Source of the DNA: an uncultured Acidobacteriaceae bacterium
GTDB lineage: Bacteria > Acidobacteriota > Terriglobia > Terriglobales > Acidobacteriaceae
Assembly (NCBI GenBank): GCA_963705265.1
Contig: OY970064.1
Location: 5,193,390 to 5,257,389, forward strand
DNA length: 64,000 bases
Reading direction: 5' to 3'
Numbering within the stretch: the first letter of the stretch is position 1; each line of letters starts with the position of its first letter. Below the pieces are notes generated by a model. That model saw nothing but the letters and a program-made list of their open reading frames with translations, did not search any database and was not told the origin of the DNA. The position numbers were made by a program, and so were the translations under genes. Positions 1-7,911 of the stretch are shown here, piece after piece.

Positions 1-1255
1 CTTGCCCGGGTTGCTCCGCCGCTGGCGTACCCGGTCGCGCCGAATAAGTAAACACGTGCAGATAAGTAAATGGGAGATCTTCAATCATGCGCCGTGTTTC
101 GTCGAACTCCGCTTCCGTCTCGCCAGGAAACCCGACCATAACGTCGGCTCCGATCGCCGCAGTTGGCATGGCCATTCGAATCTTCTCTATCTTTTCCCGG
201 TAGTGCCACGGCCGGTACTTCCGATGCATCCGTCGTAGCACGGCGTCGCTCCCGGATTGCATCGGCACGTGCGCATGCTTGGCGATCCGCTCAGAGTTCG
301 CCGCCAGCTCTATTAGTTCATCACTCCAATCCATGGGTTCGACCGAACTGATGCGCAATTTTTGAAGCGACGTCCGCTCGAGGATCGCGCGAATGAGATC
401 GACCAGTCGTAGGTCGTTAGTCGGTGGTCGTTCGGGGTTCGACTCGGTCTCTGACGGATTCGAAGAGCTGAAAGGTTGTAGCTCGCTAGCGACCAACGAC
501 TGCCGACCAACGACCAAGTCCCTTCCCCACCGCCCCAAATTGATTCCCGAAATCACAACTTCGTGATAGCCCGCATCCACTAGAGTTTGTACTTCTGCCA
601 CGACACGTTCTTGCGGCAGCGAACGGCTCTGTCCCCGGACATACGGAATTATGCAGAACGAACAGCGATTGTCACATCCATCCTGCACCTTCAGGTTCGG
701 ACGCGTGCGCTCATTTGCCGCCTCAAACACTGGAGCCGCTAGCAGTTCAGTATGCGCAAAAATATCACCGACAACCACATGACGGTCTTGATTCTCATAG
801 ATTCGATCCTCAAAAATTTGATCGTTGCCAGTAGAAAATTGTATGAGCGAAAGCTCGCCCAGCGGCACGAAACTGGAGCCCGAAGAACTGGCGACAGCAG
901 AAGGTATTGGTGAGGAAAATGAAGAGGTAGCGATCTCTGCCGCCTGATGCTTATGGGAGTTTCCCACGACCCACGTCACACCGGGAAGAGCCGCTATTTC
1001 TTGGGGCGCGCGTTGCGCGTAACAGCCTGTCACCAGAATGCGGCAACCTGGATTTGACCTTTGCAACCGTCTTATCGATGCACGCGCATCTTTATCCGCG
1101 CCTGCGGTCACCGTGCATGTATTCAGCACAACAATTTCGGCATCTAGAGCTGCCTCGGCGCGCTCCATTCCACGTTCCAGAAATTGCCGTTCCAGAGCTG
1201 CTCCGTCGGCTTGGGTAGCGCGGCAGCCAAAATTCTCTATGTAGAAACGAGCCAC
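1..1255 (-). CDS. mtaB: MiaB-family radical SAM tRNA methylthiotransferase, MtaB-like; the C-terminus runs off the left window edge
   Basis: Not in the ORF track because it is open to the window edge. Hand translation from GTG 1255 shows no stop down to position 1. Motifs: VARFYIENFGCRATQADG..VVLNTCTVTAGADKDARASIRRL..VTGCYAQ..VVGNSHK (MTTase N-terminal domain), KVQDGCDNRCSFCIIPYVRG (CxxxCxxC), RISSVEP, HVPMQSGSD, GADVMVGFPGET. Confidence 0.85.
   Translation of the reverse strand, partial: MARFYIENFGCRATQADGAALERQFLERGMERAEAALDAEIVVLNTCTVTAGADKDARASIRRLQRSNPGCRILVTGCYAQRAPQEIAALPGVTWVVGNSHKHQAAEIATSSFSSPIPSAVASSSGSSFVPLGELSLIQFSTGNDQIFEDRIYENQDRHVVVGDIFAHTELLAAPVFEAANERTRPNLKVQDGCDNRCSFCIIPYVRGQSRSLPQERVVAEVQTLVDAGYHEVVISGINLGRWGRDLVVGRQSLVASELQPFSSSNPSETESNPERPPTNDLRLVDLIRAILERTSLQKLRISSVEPMDWSDELIELAANSERIAKHAHVPMQSGSDAVLRRMHRKYRPWHYREKIEKIRMAMPTAAIGADVMVGFPGETEAEFDETRRMIEDLPFTYLHVFTYSARPGTPAAEQPGQ
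400..518. repeat. Palindromic heptamer-armed repeat element (family 1), located inside the mtaB-like CDS
   Basis: Four GGTCGTT-type heptamers at 405-432, a ~55-nt spacer, then four CGACCAA-type heptamers at 490-517. The arms are mutually complementary. The architecture matches 6340-6486. Confidence 0.75.
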
Positions 1256-1428
1256 GCTCCTATACTAACTGAGTGGATGCTACGCCCGAAGCCACACTGA
1301 TCTTCGTAAAAGTAATCCTCGCAAAGTGTTTGGCAAAATAGTAAACGCGAGATAATTAAGTCTAGATGAAGGTCAATTGCGGGCTGGCTCCGCAGTGCAC
1401 TGCATCTCCACCCCTTTAAGAGGTGCAC

Positions 1429-1857
1429 ATGAAACGTCGCATCCTTCTCGTCGACGACGATCTCGCCGTCTTGCTGACACTCAAAGCTGTTCTGGAACTG
1501 CAGGGATTTGAGGTCGAAACAGCGGGCAGTTCCGCCGAGGCGTTTGCGCGAATGGAATCCGGCGTTTACCAGATGGTCATCAGCGACTTGCGGATGGAAA
1601 CCGAAGAGGCCGGCCTCGAAGTGATCCGAACCGCGCGCCGCCAGGCATATGATCCGGCGACCGCTCTGCTGACGGCCTATCCGCCGGCCAGCGAAAATTC
1701 GGACGGACAACGTAGAGACGGCGAGGATTGGACCGGGGAAAACTCGGACTCGTTACTCATCAAGCCGCTTGGCACGCGTGATCTTCTCCGCCAGGTGGAG
1801 GCCCTCCTAATCCGCCATGCCGACCGGCAGGCGAACCAGCGCAAGCCGGCCTCTTAA
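1429..1857 (+). CDS. Stand-alone response regulator receiver (CheY-like) protein
   Basis: MKRRILLVDDDLAVLLTLKAVLELQGFEV..MVISDLRME..LIKP is the receiver-domain pattern. AAGAGG lies 6 nt upstream of ATG 1429; the ORF track starts at GTG 1423. Confidence 0.8.
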   Translation: MKRRILLVDDDLAVLLTLKAVLELQGFEVETAGSSAEAFARMESGVYQMVISDLRMETEEAGLEVIRTARRQAYDPATALLTAYPPASENSDGQRRDGEDWTGENSDSLLIKPLGTRDLLRQVEALLIRHADRQANQRKPAS

Positions 1858-1930
1858 AGGCACAAGAAGCCAACCGCCTCGCTGGATCAATATCCTGCCG
1901 GCCGCACTTCTCTAAAAATTCAGAAAATAA

Positions 1931-2251
1931 TCAGGCGCTTGCGACCTGTCGCCCGTGCTGAAAGCATTCACGGCACAGCACCGGCCGTCCTTGCGTTGGC
2001 CGGAATGGTACCGTGGTCTCTTTTCCGCACTGCGAACAGTTCGTCCGAGTCTCCGTTTTCGCGTAGGAATGCCCACGCGACGGCCCGTGCGACATAGCTC
2101 CAACTACAGCCACGCGCTTGCCCTTGCAGTTTTTGCAGCGTTTGGGCTCGTTCTTGAACTGCTTGTCATGGAAGAAAAGCTGTTCACCCGCTGTGAACAC
2201 GAAATCCGTGCCACAATCTATGCACTTTAAAATCTTGTCCTGGTATTCCAT
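1931..2251 (-). CDS. Zinc-ribbon domain protein (two CxxC...CxxC pairs)
   Basis: KCIDCGTDFVFTAGEQLFFHDK..PKRCKNCK and CSQCGKETTVPF..PVLCRECF. This is the duplicated zinc-ribbon pattern of small CxxC proteins. Confidence 0.7.
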   Translation of the reverse strand: MEYQDKILKCIDCGTDFVFTAGEQLFFHDKQFKNEPKRCKNCKGKRVAVVGAMSHGPSRGHSYAKTETRTNCSQCGKETTVPFRPTQGRPVLCRECFQHGRQVASA

Positions 2252-2619
2252 TGAGAAGGCGCTCCCATTTCCGCGTCCCTGCTCTGCACGGGAGACCCGA
2301 ATAGGGAAGGATCCGGTTCACATCGTGGGCAGGAGATTTACATCCCCCTCATGTTGCCCCTTGGATTCGGCCCGCCATGCGGTGTGCACCGCATGGATAC
2401 TGATTGACTGGATTACGTCGACTACAGGGAAAATCTCGAACAATTTTCATTTCGAGCCATCTTCGCTTTGATTCATCTCGGCTTTAGTCCGGCTTCGCGA
2501 CGATCCAACCGTACAAATCATTCAGCCTTGTGACAACCAAGCTTAATTGTGATCCAGCTTGACTGCGAAGTATGTTCGATCCGAATAATTCTCGAGTGCA
2601 CGATTATCGAATATGAAGA

Positions 2620-2656
2620 ACGGGCCGCCCCACCAGCGAACGGCCCGTCTTTTTTA
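2620..2656 (-). terminator. Hairpin 11 nt downstream of rpsU, possibly a bidirectional terminator
   Basis: ACGGGCCG (2620-2627) pairs with CGGCCCGT (2641-2648). T6 follows on the + strand and TTCTTCATATT follows on the - strand. Confidence 0.55.
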
Positions 2657-2666
2657 ATTCTGTTTC

Positions 2667-2864
2667 TTAATCCTGTTCCTTACGTGCTTTCTTGCGGCTA
2701 CGCTTGCGAGCCAGCGCTTCTTTTACTCGCTTCCTCTCGCCGGGTTTCAGGTAAAACGAGTGACGCTTTACTTCCTTAATTATGTCCTCGGTTTGTACCT
2801 TCCGCTTGAACCGCCGAAGCGCGTTTTCGAGGGATTCACCCTCTTGAAGTCGAACTTCCGCCAA
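2667..2864 (-). CDS. rpsU: 30S ribosomal protein S21
   Basis: (M)AEVRLQEGESLENALRRFKRKVQTEDIIKEVKRHSFYLKPGERKR plus a basic tail is the typical S21 sequence. The apparent start is TTG. Confidence 0.9.
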   Translation of the reverse strand: MAEVRLQEGESLENALRRFKRKVQTEDIIKEVKRHSFYLKPGERKRVKEALARKRSRKKARKEQD

Positions 2865-2962
2865 CGGACTACACCCCCCTGCTCGTCCTAACTGGACTTG
2901 TTAGTTATGGCAAGCATTGCCCTCATAAGTCAAGTGGAATGTGCAGAAATCTTCACATCGCT

Positions 2963-5900
2963 TCAAAAATTAAACCGCATCGAGAATTGCATCTGTCGTG
3001 GGGCAAATGAGGCGGACGGCTTCATCAAGGTTGTAGGTTGCTGATAATAAGCAGGATAGTAAGTCCCTCCCGCCGCTTGTGAGTATTTTATAAACTGTCC
3101 CGCAGAGTTATAGAAGCCATCGTCATTCACCTCATACCTCTTATTGTCGTGATTCAACAGATTGAACGATTCCGCCGTCAATTCCAGATGATAGTGCTCC
3201 CCTATGTCAAGCTTTCTTCCCACCCTGAGGTCGGTGGTGGCATAGTCCGGGCTGATAAAAGCGTCGCGCCCATAGCCGGATAAACGATCGTTGCTTGTGT
3301 TGCCATCCTGATTTGGATCGCCAGATACCATCGCGTTCGCGGGTCGTCCGCTTCCGAGTGTCAGAATCCCCGAGACTTTCCAATGATCGAACATCGACGC
3401 TAGAATTTTTTGTCCGCCCGCAAACGGATTCGGCTCCTCAATGGCTGAAATCGATAACCTTTGCCGCTGATCCACCACGCTGGACGCTCGCTCACTTCTT
3501 GTTGAATAAGGATTCTGTACTGTGGAAGGCGCTCCCGCCACCAGCGCATCCTGTCCGTCGTCGATTGCGTGTGCCCATGTATAGGCTAGCCGAAAATACA
3601 TTCCTCCCGACATTCGTTTGTGCAACGAAACCGTCATACCGTTATAAACGCTTGATGCCGCGCTCTGAAACTCGTCGATCGCCCCGAGCTGTGAGATTGG
3701 GCGATCCAACGTATTAATACACGGTGGATACGGACAACTGATGCTATAACTCGTCTGCCACGTCGCAAACGACCACACGTTATAAAACGCATCGGGAACA
3801 TTAGCGCCAGACGCGTTGTAGACGGGATAACTGTAGTAGGTCGGCGGCGGCAGATTCACGTCCAGTGAACGAATCATGTCCACTCCATGCACCAGCAGGT
3901 AAGATATCGTCCCGATCAAACCGCCGCCCAGTTCACGCTCGAGGCTCAAACTCCCCTGCTGCACGCGCGGTGTTTTAAAGTCCGGGGCAAAAGCCGCGAT
4001 CTCACTGGTCGCATACTGCTGCCAAGCAGCAGGCAACGTGCACGAAACCGGACCCGGAGAACAATTCACTGCCGCATTCGGATACGAGGGAAACACCTGG
4101 TTCTGATAGAAGTCCGTGTTATCCAGTGAAAGGAAGTTATCGCTCAGCCCATTGTCATTCACTACTGCGGACTGATAAATCTGCGGAATGCGAGTATAGA
4201 AAATTCCAAATCCCGCCCGCACCATCAGTGGATGATCGGTGCCGAAGGCATAGCCAATCCCGAGGCGAGGCGCAAAATTCGTCTCTTTCAACGGCATCTT
4301 CCCTGCCCCCGGCCACAACGGATTGCTCTCCATTCCCGTTTTCGAAAATGTCTGCAGGTCGTAGCGCGCTCCCAAGCTCAAGGTGAAATGCGGCGTCAAG
4401 CGTACTGTATCCTGCACGAACCCTGCATAGTCGTTGCTATTGGGATGCGACACCGGATTTCCGAAACTCTGCACGTAATATCGCGGCACGTCATGCGCCC
4501 ATGCCCGCAGCGGCGTCAACTCCAGTCCATCGTGTTGTGGAGCAAACGTAAACGGATTAACCTCGATGTCGTCGTATAAATATTCCCCGCCATAAAGCGA
4601 CGGAAAGTAGTTGTAGTCCCAAGTCACCATTCCATCGCCGCCAAACTTCCATTCGTTCCGGCCGCGGCTAAAACTTAGAGTCTCCGCCAAATGCAACCGG
4701 TGCTCCCGTGTCTGTCGCGGTAATGTAGACGATTGCCCAAACTCATCCATCCAACTGTAGATGCTCGTCCGCGTTCCTGTTGTATTGGGCCAGGACTGCT
4801 CCAGGTCACGCGAAAACTGGAGTCGCAAGTGGCTTGTCAGCCGCGGCGTAACACCGCTCACTAAACTCAACGACGCACTTTCCGTCGCGACGTCCTCTTC
4901 CCCATTGGCGCTGATCGCATCGTTCGTAATTGGGCTCCCAGGATCAAAGGAGACGTTGTTCGCTCCGTAAGATCGAGATGTACTCAGTCGCGCGGAAAGA
5001 AACTGGTGCTGCGTCAGCACATGATCGATCTTCAGGAATCCCGTCTCACCCAGCAACTGCCCGTGGAACGACCCACCCATGGTCGATAGTTGTGCCGCCG
5101 AAGCAAACACCAGCGCCTCGTCACAGGCTTGACCGCCAATTGCAGGATTACAGACCTCATAGTCCCCCGGAGTTGGATAAACACCCAACTGGGGCACCAC
5201 CACCGTCTGACCATTAAGAAACTGGACTTCCGTGGGCACATGGAAAATGTGTTGATCATAGCCGGCAAACAAAAACGTCTTGCTACGCTGGACCGGTCCC
5301 CCGATTGTCGCTCCGAATTGATGCTGTTCATTGCTAGGATTGAAACCTACAAACGGCGGCGCCGCTCCGCCAATAGAACTGTCGCGCAAAAAATAGAATG
5401 CGCCTCCATGCCAATGGTTCGTACCGGATTTGGTCACTACATTCACCACCGCCCCACCGGCCCGTCCCGACTCCGACCCATAACCGCTCGAAGACACGCG
5501 GAACTCCTGCACTACCTCATTTGAAAACTGATAGGGTGCGCGATACCGTCCTGATGCCTGCGCATAAAACCCGTTATTGTCATCGCCTCCATCAATCAGG
5601 AAGCTGGTGTTGTATCCGCGAATTCCGCCGTAAGAGAGATCCCCGTTCGATCCGGATGTCAGGTCCCGCGGATCCTGTGTCACTCCCGGCATCAGCAACA
5701 TTAGATCTGTGAACCTCCGCCCATTAAGCGGCAGATCCTTGATGGCCCGATCATCAATGAGGGCTGAAACTGAATTCGGGTCCATCTCCATCTTGGGAGC
5801 GGCAGACACTGTGATTGTTTCCTTTGGCCCTGCCACCTTTAGTTTGAAGGTCAATTGTGCCGCCGCTCCGATCTCAACTCGAATCAATGGTGAGATTTCA

Positions 5901-6229
5901 GGCGACATCCCCTCTGCTTCCGCCCGCGCGGAATATAGGCCTGGCGGCAGCAAATCTACTGCGAATCGTCCCGCGGAATCGGTAGCTGAATGATAGCGAA
6001 TGCCGGTTTCCACCCTGATCGCCACGATGTCGGCATTCGTAATCACCGCTCCCTGGGCATCCAAAACAACGCCCCGTAACGCGCCCGTAGACGCATCCTG
6101 CCCGTAAGCACCGGTAGGAATAAGAAAAATAATAATAATAAAGATGAGTTGGAAGCACCGCGCCCGGAGCACGACGACCCGAGCAACACTACGAACTCCA
6201 GCCAGAAATGGCTTGTTGCGGCGGCGCAT
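2963..6229 (-). CDS. TonB-dependent-receptor-like outer membrane protein with an N-terminal carboxypeptidase-regulatory-like domain
   Basis: Signal/TM segment, then GALRGVVLDAQGAVITNADIV..DSAGRFAVDLLPPGLYS (CarboxypepD_reg pattern) and DLPLNGRRFTDLMLLMPGV (plug-like). A long beta-rich body ends in the aromatic MRFNF. Confidence 0.75.
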   Translation of the reverse strand: MRRRNKPFLAGVRSVARVVVLRARCFQLIFIIIIFLIPTGAYGQDASTGALRGVVLDAQGAVITNADIVAIRVETGIRYHSATDSAGRFAVDLLPPGLYSARAEAEGMSPEISPLIRVEIGAAAQLTFKLKVAGPKETITVSAAPKMEMDPNSVSALIDDRAIKDLPLNGRRFTDLMLLMPGVTQDPRDLTSGSNGDLSYGGIRGYNTSFLIDGGDDNNGFYAQASGRYRAPYQFSNEVVQEFRVSSSGYGSESGRAGGAVVNVVTKSGTNHWHGGAFYFLRDSSIGGAAPPFVGFNPSNEQHQFGATIGGPVQRSKTFLFAGYDQHIFHVPTEVQFLNGQTVVVPQLGVYPTPGDYEVCNPAIGGQACDEALVFASAAQLSTMGGSFHGQLLGETGFLKIDHVLTQHQFLSARLSTSRSYGANNVSFDPGSPITNDAISANGEEDVATESASLSLVSGVTPRLTSHLRLQFSRDLEQSWPNTTGTRTSIYSWMDEFGQSSTLPRQTREHRLHLAETLSFSRGRNEWKFGGDGMVTWDYNYFPSLYGGEYLYDDIEVNPFTFAPQHDGLELTPLRAWAHDVPRYYVQSFGNPVSHPNSNDYAGFVQDTVRLTPHFTLSLGARYDLQTFSKTGMESNPLWPGAGKMPLKETNFAPRLGIGYAFGTDHPLMVRAGFGIFYTRIPQIYQSAVVNDNGLSDNFLSLDNTDFYQNQVFPSYPNAAVNCSPGPVSCTLPAAWQQYATSEIAAFAPDFKTPRVQQGSLSLERELGGGLIGTISYLLVHGVDMIRSLDVNLPPPTYYSYPVYNASGANVPDAFYNVWSFATWQTSYSISCPYPPCINTLDRPISQLGAIDEFQSAASSVYNGMTVSLHKRMSGGMYFRLAYTWAHAIDDGQDALVAGAPSTVQNPYSTRSERASSVVDQRQRLSISAIEEPNPFAGGQKILASMFDHWKVSGILTLGSGRPANAMVSGDPNQDGNTSNDRLSGYGRDAFISPDYATTDLRVGRKLDIGEHYHLELTAESFNLLNHDNKRYEVNDDGFYNSAGQFIKYSQAAGGTYYPAYYQQPTTLMKPSASFAPRQMQFSMRFNF

Positions 6230-6339
6230 GGCAGTCCCCTCGTGTCCGAGACTTCGGAATCGGAGGGGATTCCAGAGGCCCTGCCAATCTGTATATCAAA
6301 GAGCGTATCGCTGGAATGTGACGGATGAACGGGAGAAAT

Positions 6340-6486
6340 GTTCGTTTTCGTTCGGTCGTTGGTCGTTGGTCGTCAGTCGTTGGTCGTTGGTCGTTGGAGA
6401 GCGAAGACCTTCAACCCAGCGATTCGTTCGGGGTGCCGCTCAAGTCGAACCGCGAACGACCACGGACTCACGACCAACGACTGCGC
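6340..6486. repeat. Palindromic heptamer-armed repeat element (family 1), intergenic copy
   Basis: Left arm of about 8 heptamers (GTTCGTT, TTCGTTC, then GGTCGTT x2, GGTCGTC, AGTCGTT, GGTCGTT x2) at 6340-6395. Spacer at 6396-6453. Right arm GAACGAC/CACGGAC/TCACGAC/CAACGAC at 6454-6481. Confidence 0.8.
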
Positions 6487-6492
6487 CAATGC

Positions 6493-7113
6493 TCAATGTG
6501 CTGGTGCCGCGACCGGAGGAGCCGTTGCCGGAGCCGCCGGCTTTGTGCCGAAATCCACTTTCGGTGTTGCGCGCGATGCTTCCGAAGCCTGGAAGTACGC
6601 CGGATTCTGCTTAAAGCCCGCCCATCCCGCGTACAGGCTGTTGGGGAACTGCAGGACATAGGTGTTGTAGTCCTGCAAAGTGTCGTTATAGCGCTTGCGT
6701 TCGACGGCGATTCGGTTCTCAGTCCCCGCCAATTCATCCTGCAGCCGCAAGAAGTTTTCGTTTGACTTCAATTGCGGATAATTCTCCACAACCAACAGCA
6801 ACCGTCCCAAAGCACCGTCCAATTGCCCGTTTGCGGCAATCTTATCGGAAGGCGTCTGCGCTGAAAGCAATGCCGACCGCGCTTTGGCAATGTCTCCAAA
6901 CACGGTAACTTCCTGCTGCGCATATCCCTTTACCGTCTCTACCAGGTTCGGGATCAAATCGGCGCGCCGCTGGAGCACGATATCCACCTGCGACCATGCT
7001 GCCTTCACCGCCTGATCCTTCGCTACTAAGTTGTTTTTCACTCCTATGTACTGTCCAAACAACGCCAGCACAATCACCACCAGTACCGCCAATACAATCA
7101 AACCCTTGCTCAT
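6493..7113 (-). CDS. LemA family protein
   Basis: N-terminal TM helix, then AAWSQVDIVLQRRADLIPNLVETVKGYAQQE...QLKSNENFLRLQDELAGTENRIAVERKRYN (LemA pattern). AGGAG lies upstream of ATG 7113. Confidence 0.85.
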   Translation of the reverse strand: MSKGLIVLAVLVVIVLALFGQYIGVKNNLVAKDQAVKAAWSQVDIVLQRRADLIPNLVETVKGYAQQEVTVFGDIAKARSALLSAQTPSDKIAANGQLDGALGRLLLVVENYPQLKSNENFLRLQDELAGTENRIAVERKRYNDTLQDYNTYVLQFPNSLYAGWAGFKQNPAYFQASEASRATPKVDFGTKPAAPATAPPVAAPAH

Positions 7114-7161
7114 ATCGCTCTCCTGAAAACAAAATTAAATTGCAAACCGAGCTGAGAGACT

Positions 7162-7887
7162 CTAGGCCGCCGGATCTGACATCTTGTCCACCGCCGCCGT
7201 CACCTGCTCGACCAATTTCAAATAGCGAGAAAATACATCATCGACCTTGGCAGTTTTTCGCTGTTCTCTGTGCTCTCTAATATCAAGCAACTCGCCAAAC
7301 ACACTGCCGTCAATGCCCAACTTATCTGCCAGCAATGCCACGGCTTCCCGTTTCGACCCCGTGCCCGCCTCGCCCATCGCGATCAGAGTGTGACGAAATA
7401 ATGTCCCGAACGTCGGCAAGGACCGCAGCAACAGATCCCACTTCGCCTCTGTATTCCCGGCCGCCGCCAGCAAGCCCTGCCGCAAGAGGATCGTCTTCTC
7501 GCTCAGTTCATACTCCAGCTGCGCCCGATGCAATCGCATCGGAATCTCCAGCGTCTTCAGGACGTCTTCTCCCCACAGCACGCGATAGTGCCGCCGCATG
7601 TCCAGAAATTCGATGGAGAAAAGATCCGCCGACCGCCGCATCTCCTCCGCGCCCATCAGCAGTGGCACGCGATGCTTCTGCTTCCCCCACCATTCCATCA
7701 CTGGAGCTAGCCCCGCAATCGCAGAGAAAGAAGTTTCCTGCAGCACGCACAGTAGATTTACATCAGAGTAGTCGGCGATATAATCTCCTGCCGCTGCCGA
7801 CCCATAGAGAATCGCCGCCAGCAGATTCGTTCCCGCCGCTCCGCGAATCCGTTCGACAAACTCGTTTATCAGTTTTTCCGGACCCAT
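7162..7887 (-). CDS. Nucleotidyltransferase-fold (Pol-beta superfamily) protein with a helical C-terminal half
   Basis: LAAILYGSAAAGDYIADYSDVNLLCVL fits the hG[GS]x(9-13)Dh[DE]h pattern, except that Asn replaces the second acidic residue. ATG 7887 is preceded by GAGAGG; the track starts at GTG 7890. Confidence 0.6.
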   Translation of the reverse strand: MGPEKLINEFVERIRGAAGTNLLAAILYGSAAAGDYIADYSDVNLLCVLQETSFSAIAGLAPVMEWWGKQKHRVPLLMGAEEMRRSADLFSIEFLDMRRHYRVLWGEDVLKTLEIPMRLHRAQLEYELSEKTILLRQGLLAAAGNTEAKWDLLLRSLPTFGTLFRHTLIAMGEAGTGSKREAVALLADKLGIDGSVFGELLDIREHREQRKTAKVDDVFSRYLKLVEQVTAAVDKMSDPAA

Positions 7888-7911
7888 CACGCGCCTCTCA
7901 CTCTCCGCTGA

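Noticed and set aside
1237-1710. 157-aa minus-strand ORF overlapping the response regulator
   Set aside because: It is antisense to a clear receiver-domain gene. Its 3' end would also overlap the mtaB start region.
6340-6400. CRISPR array (also considered at 15336-15390, 26724-26765 and 28853-28895)
   Set aside because: The repeat units are 7 or 15 bp and directly abut each other with no spacers. There are no cas genes. These are micro-/minisatellite-like tracts, not CRISPR.
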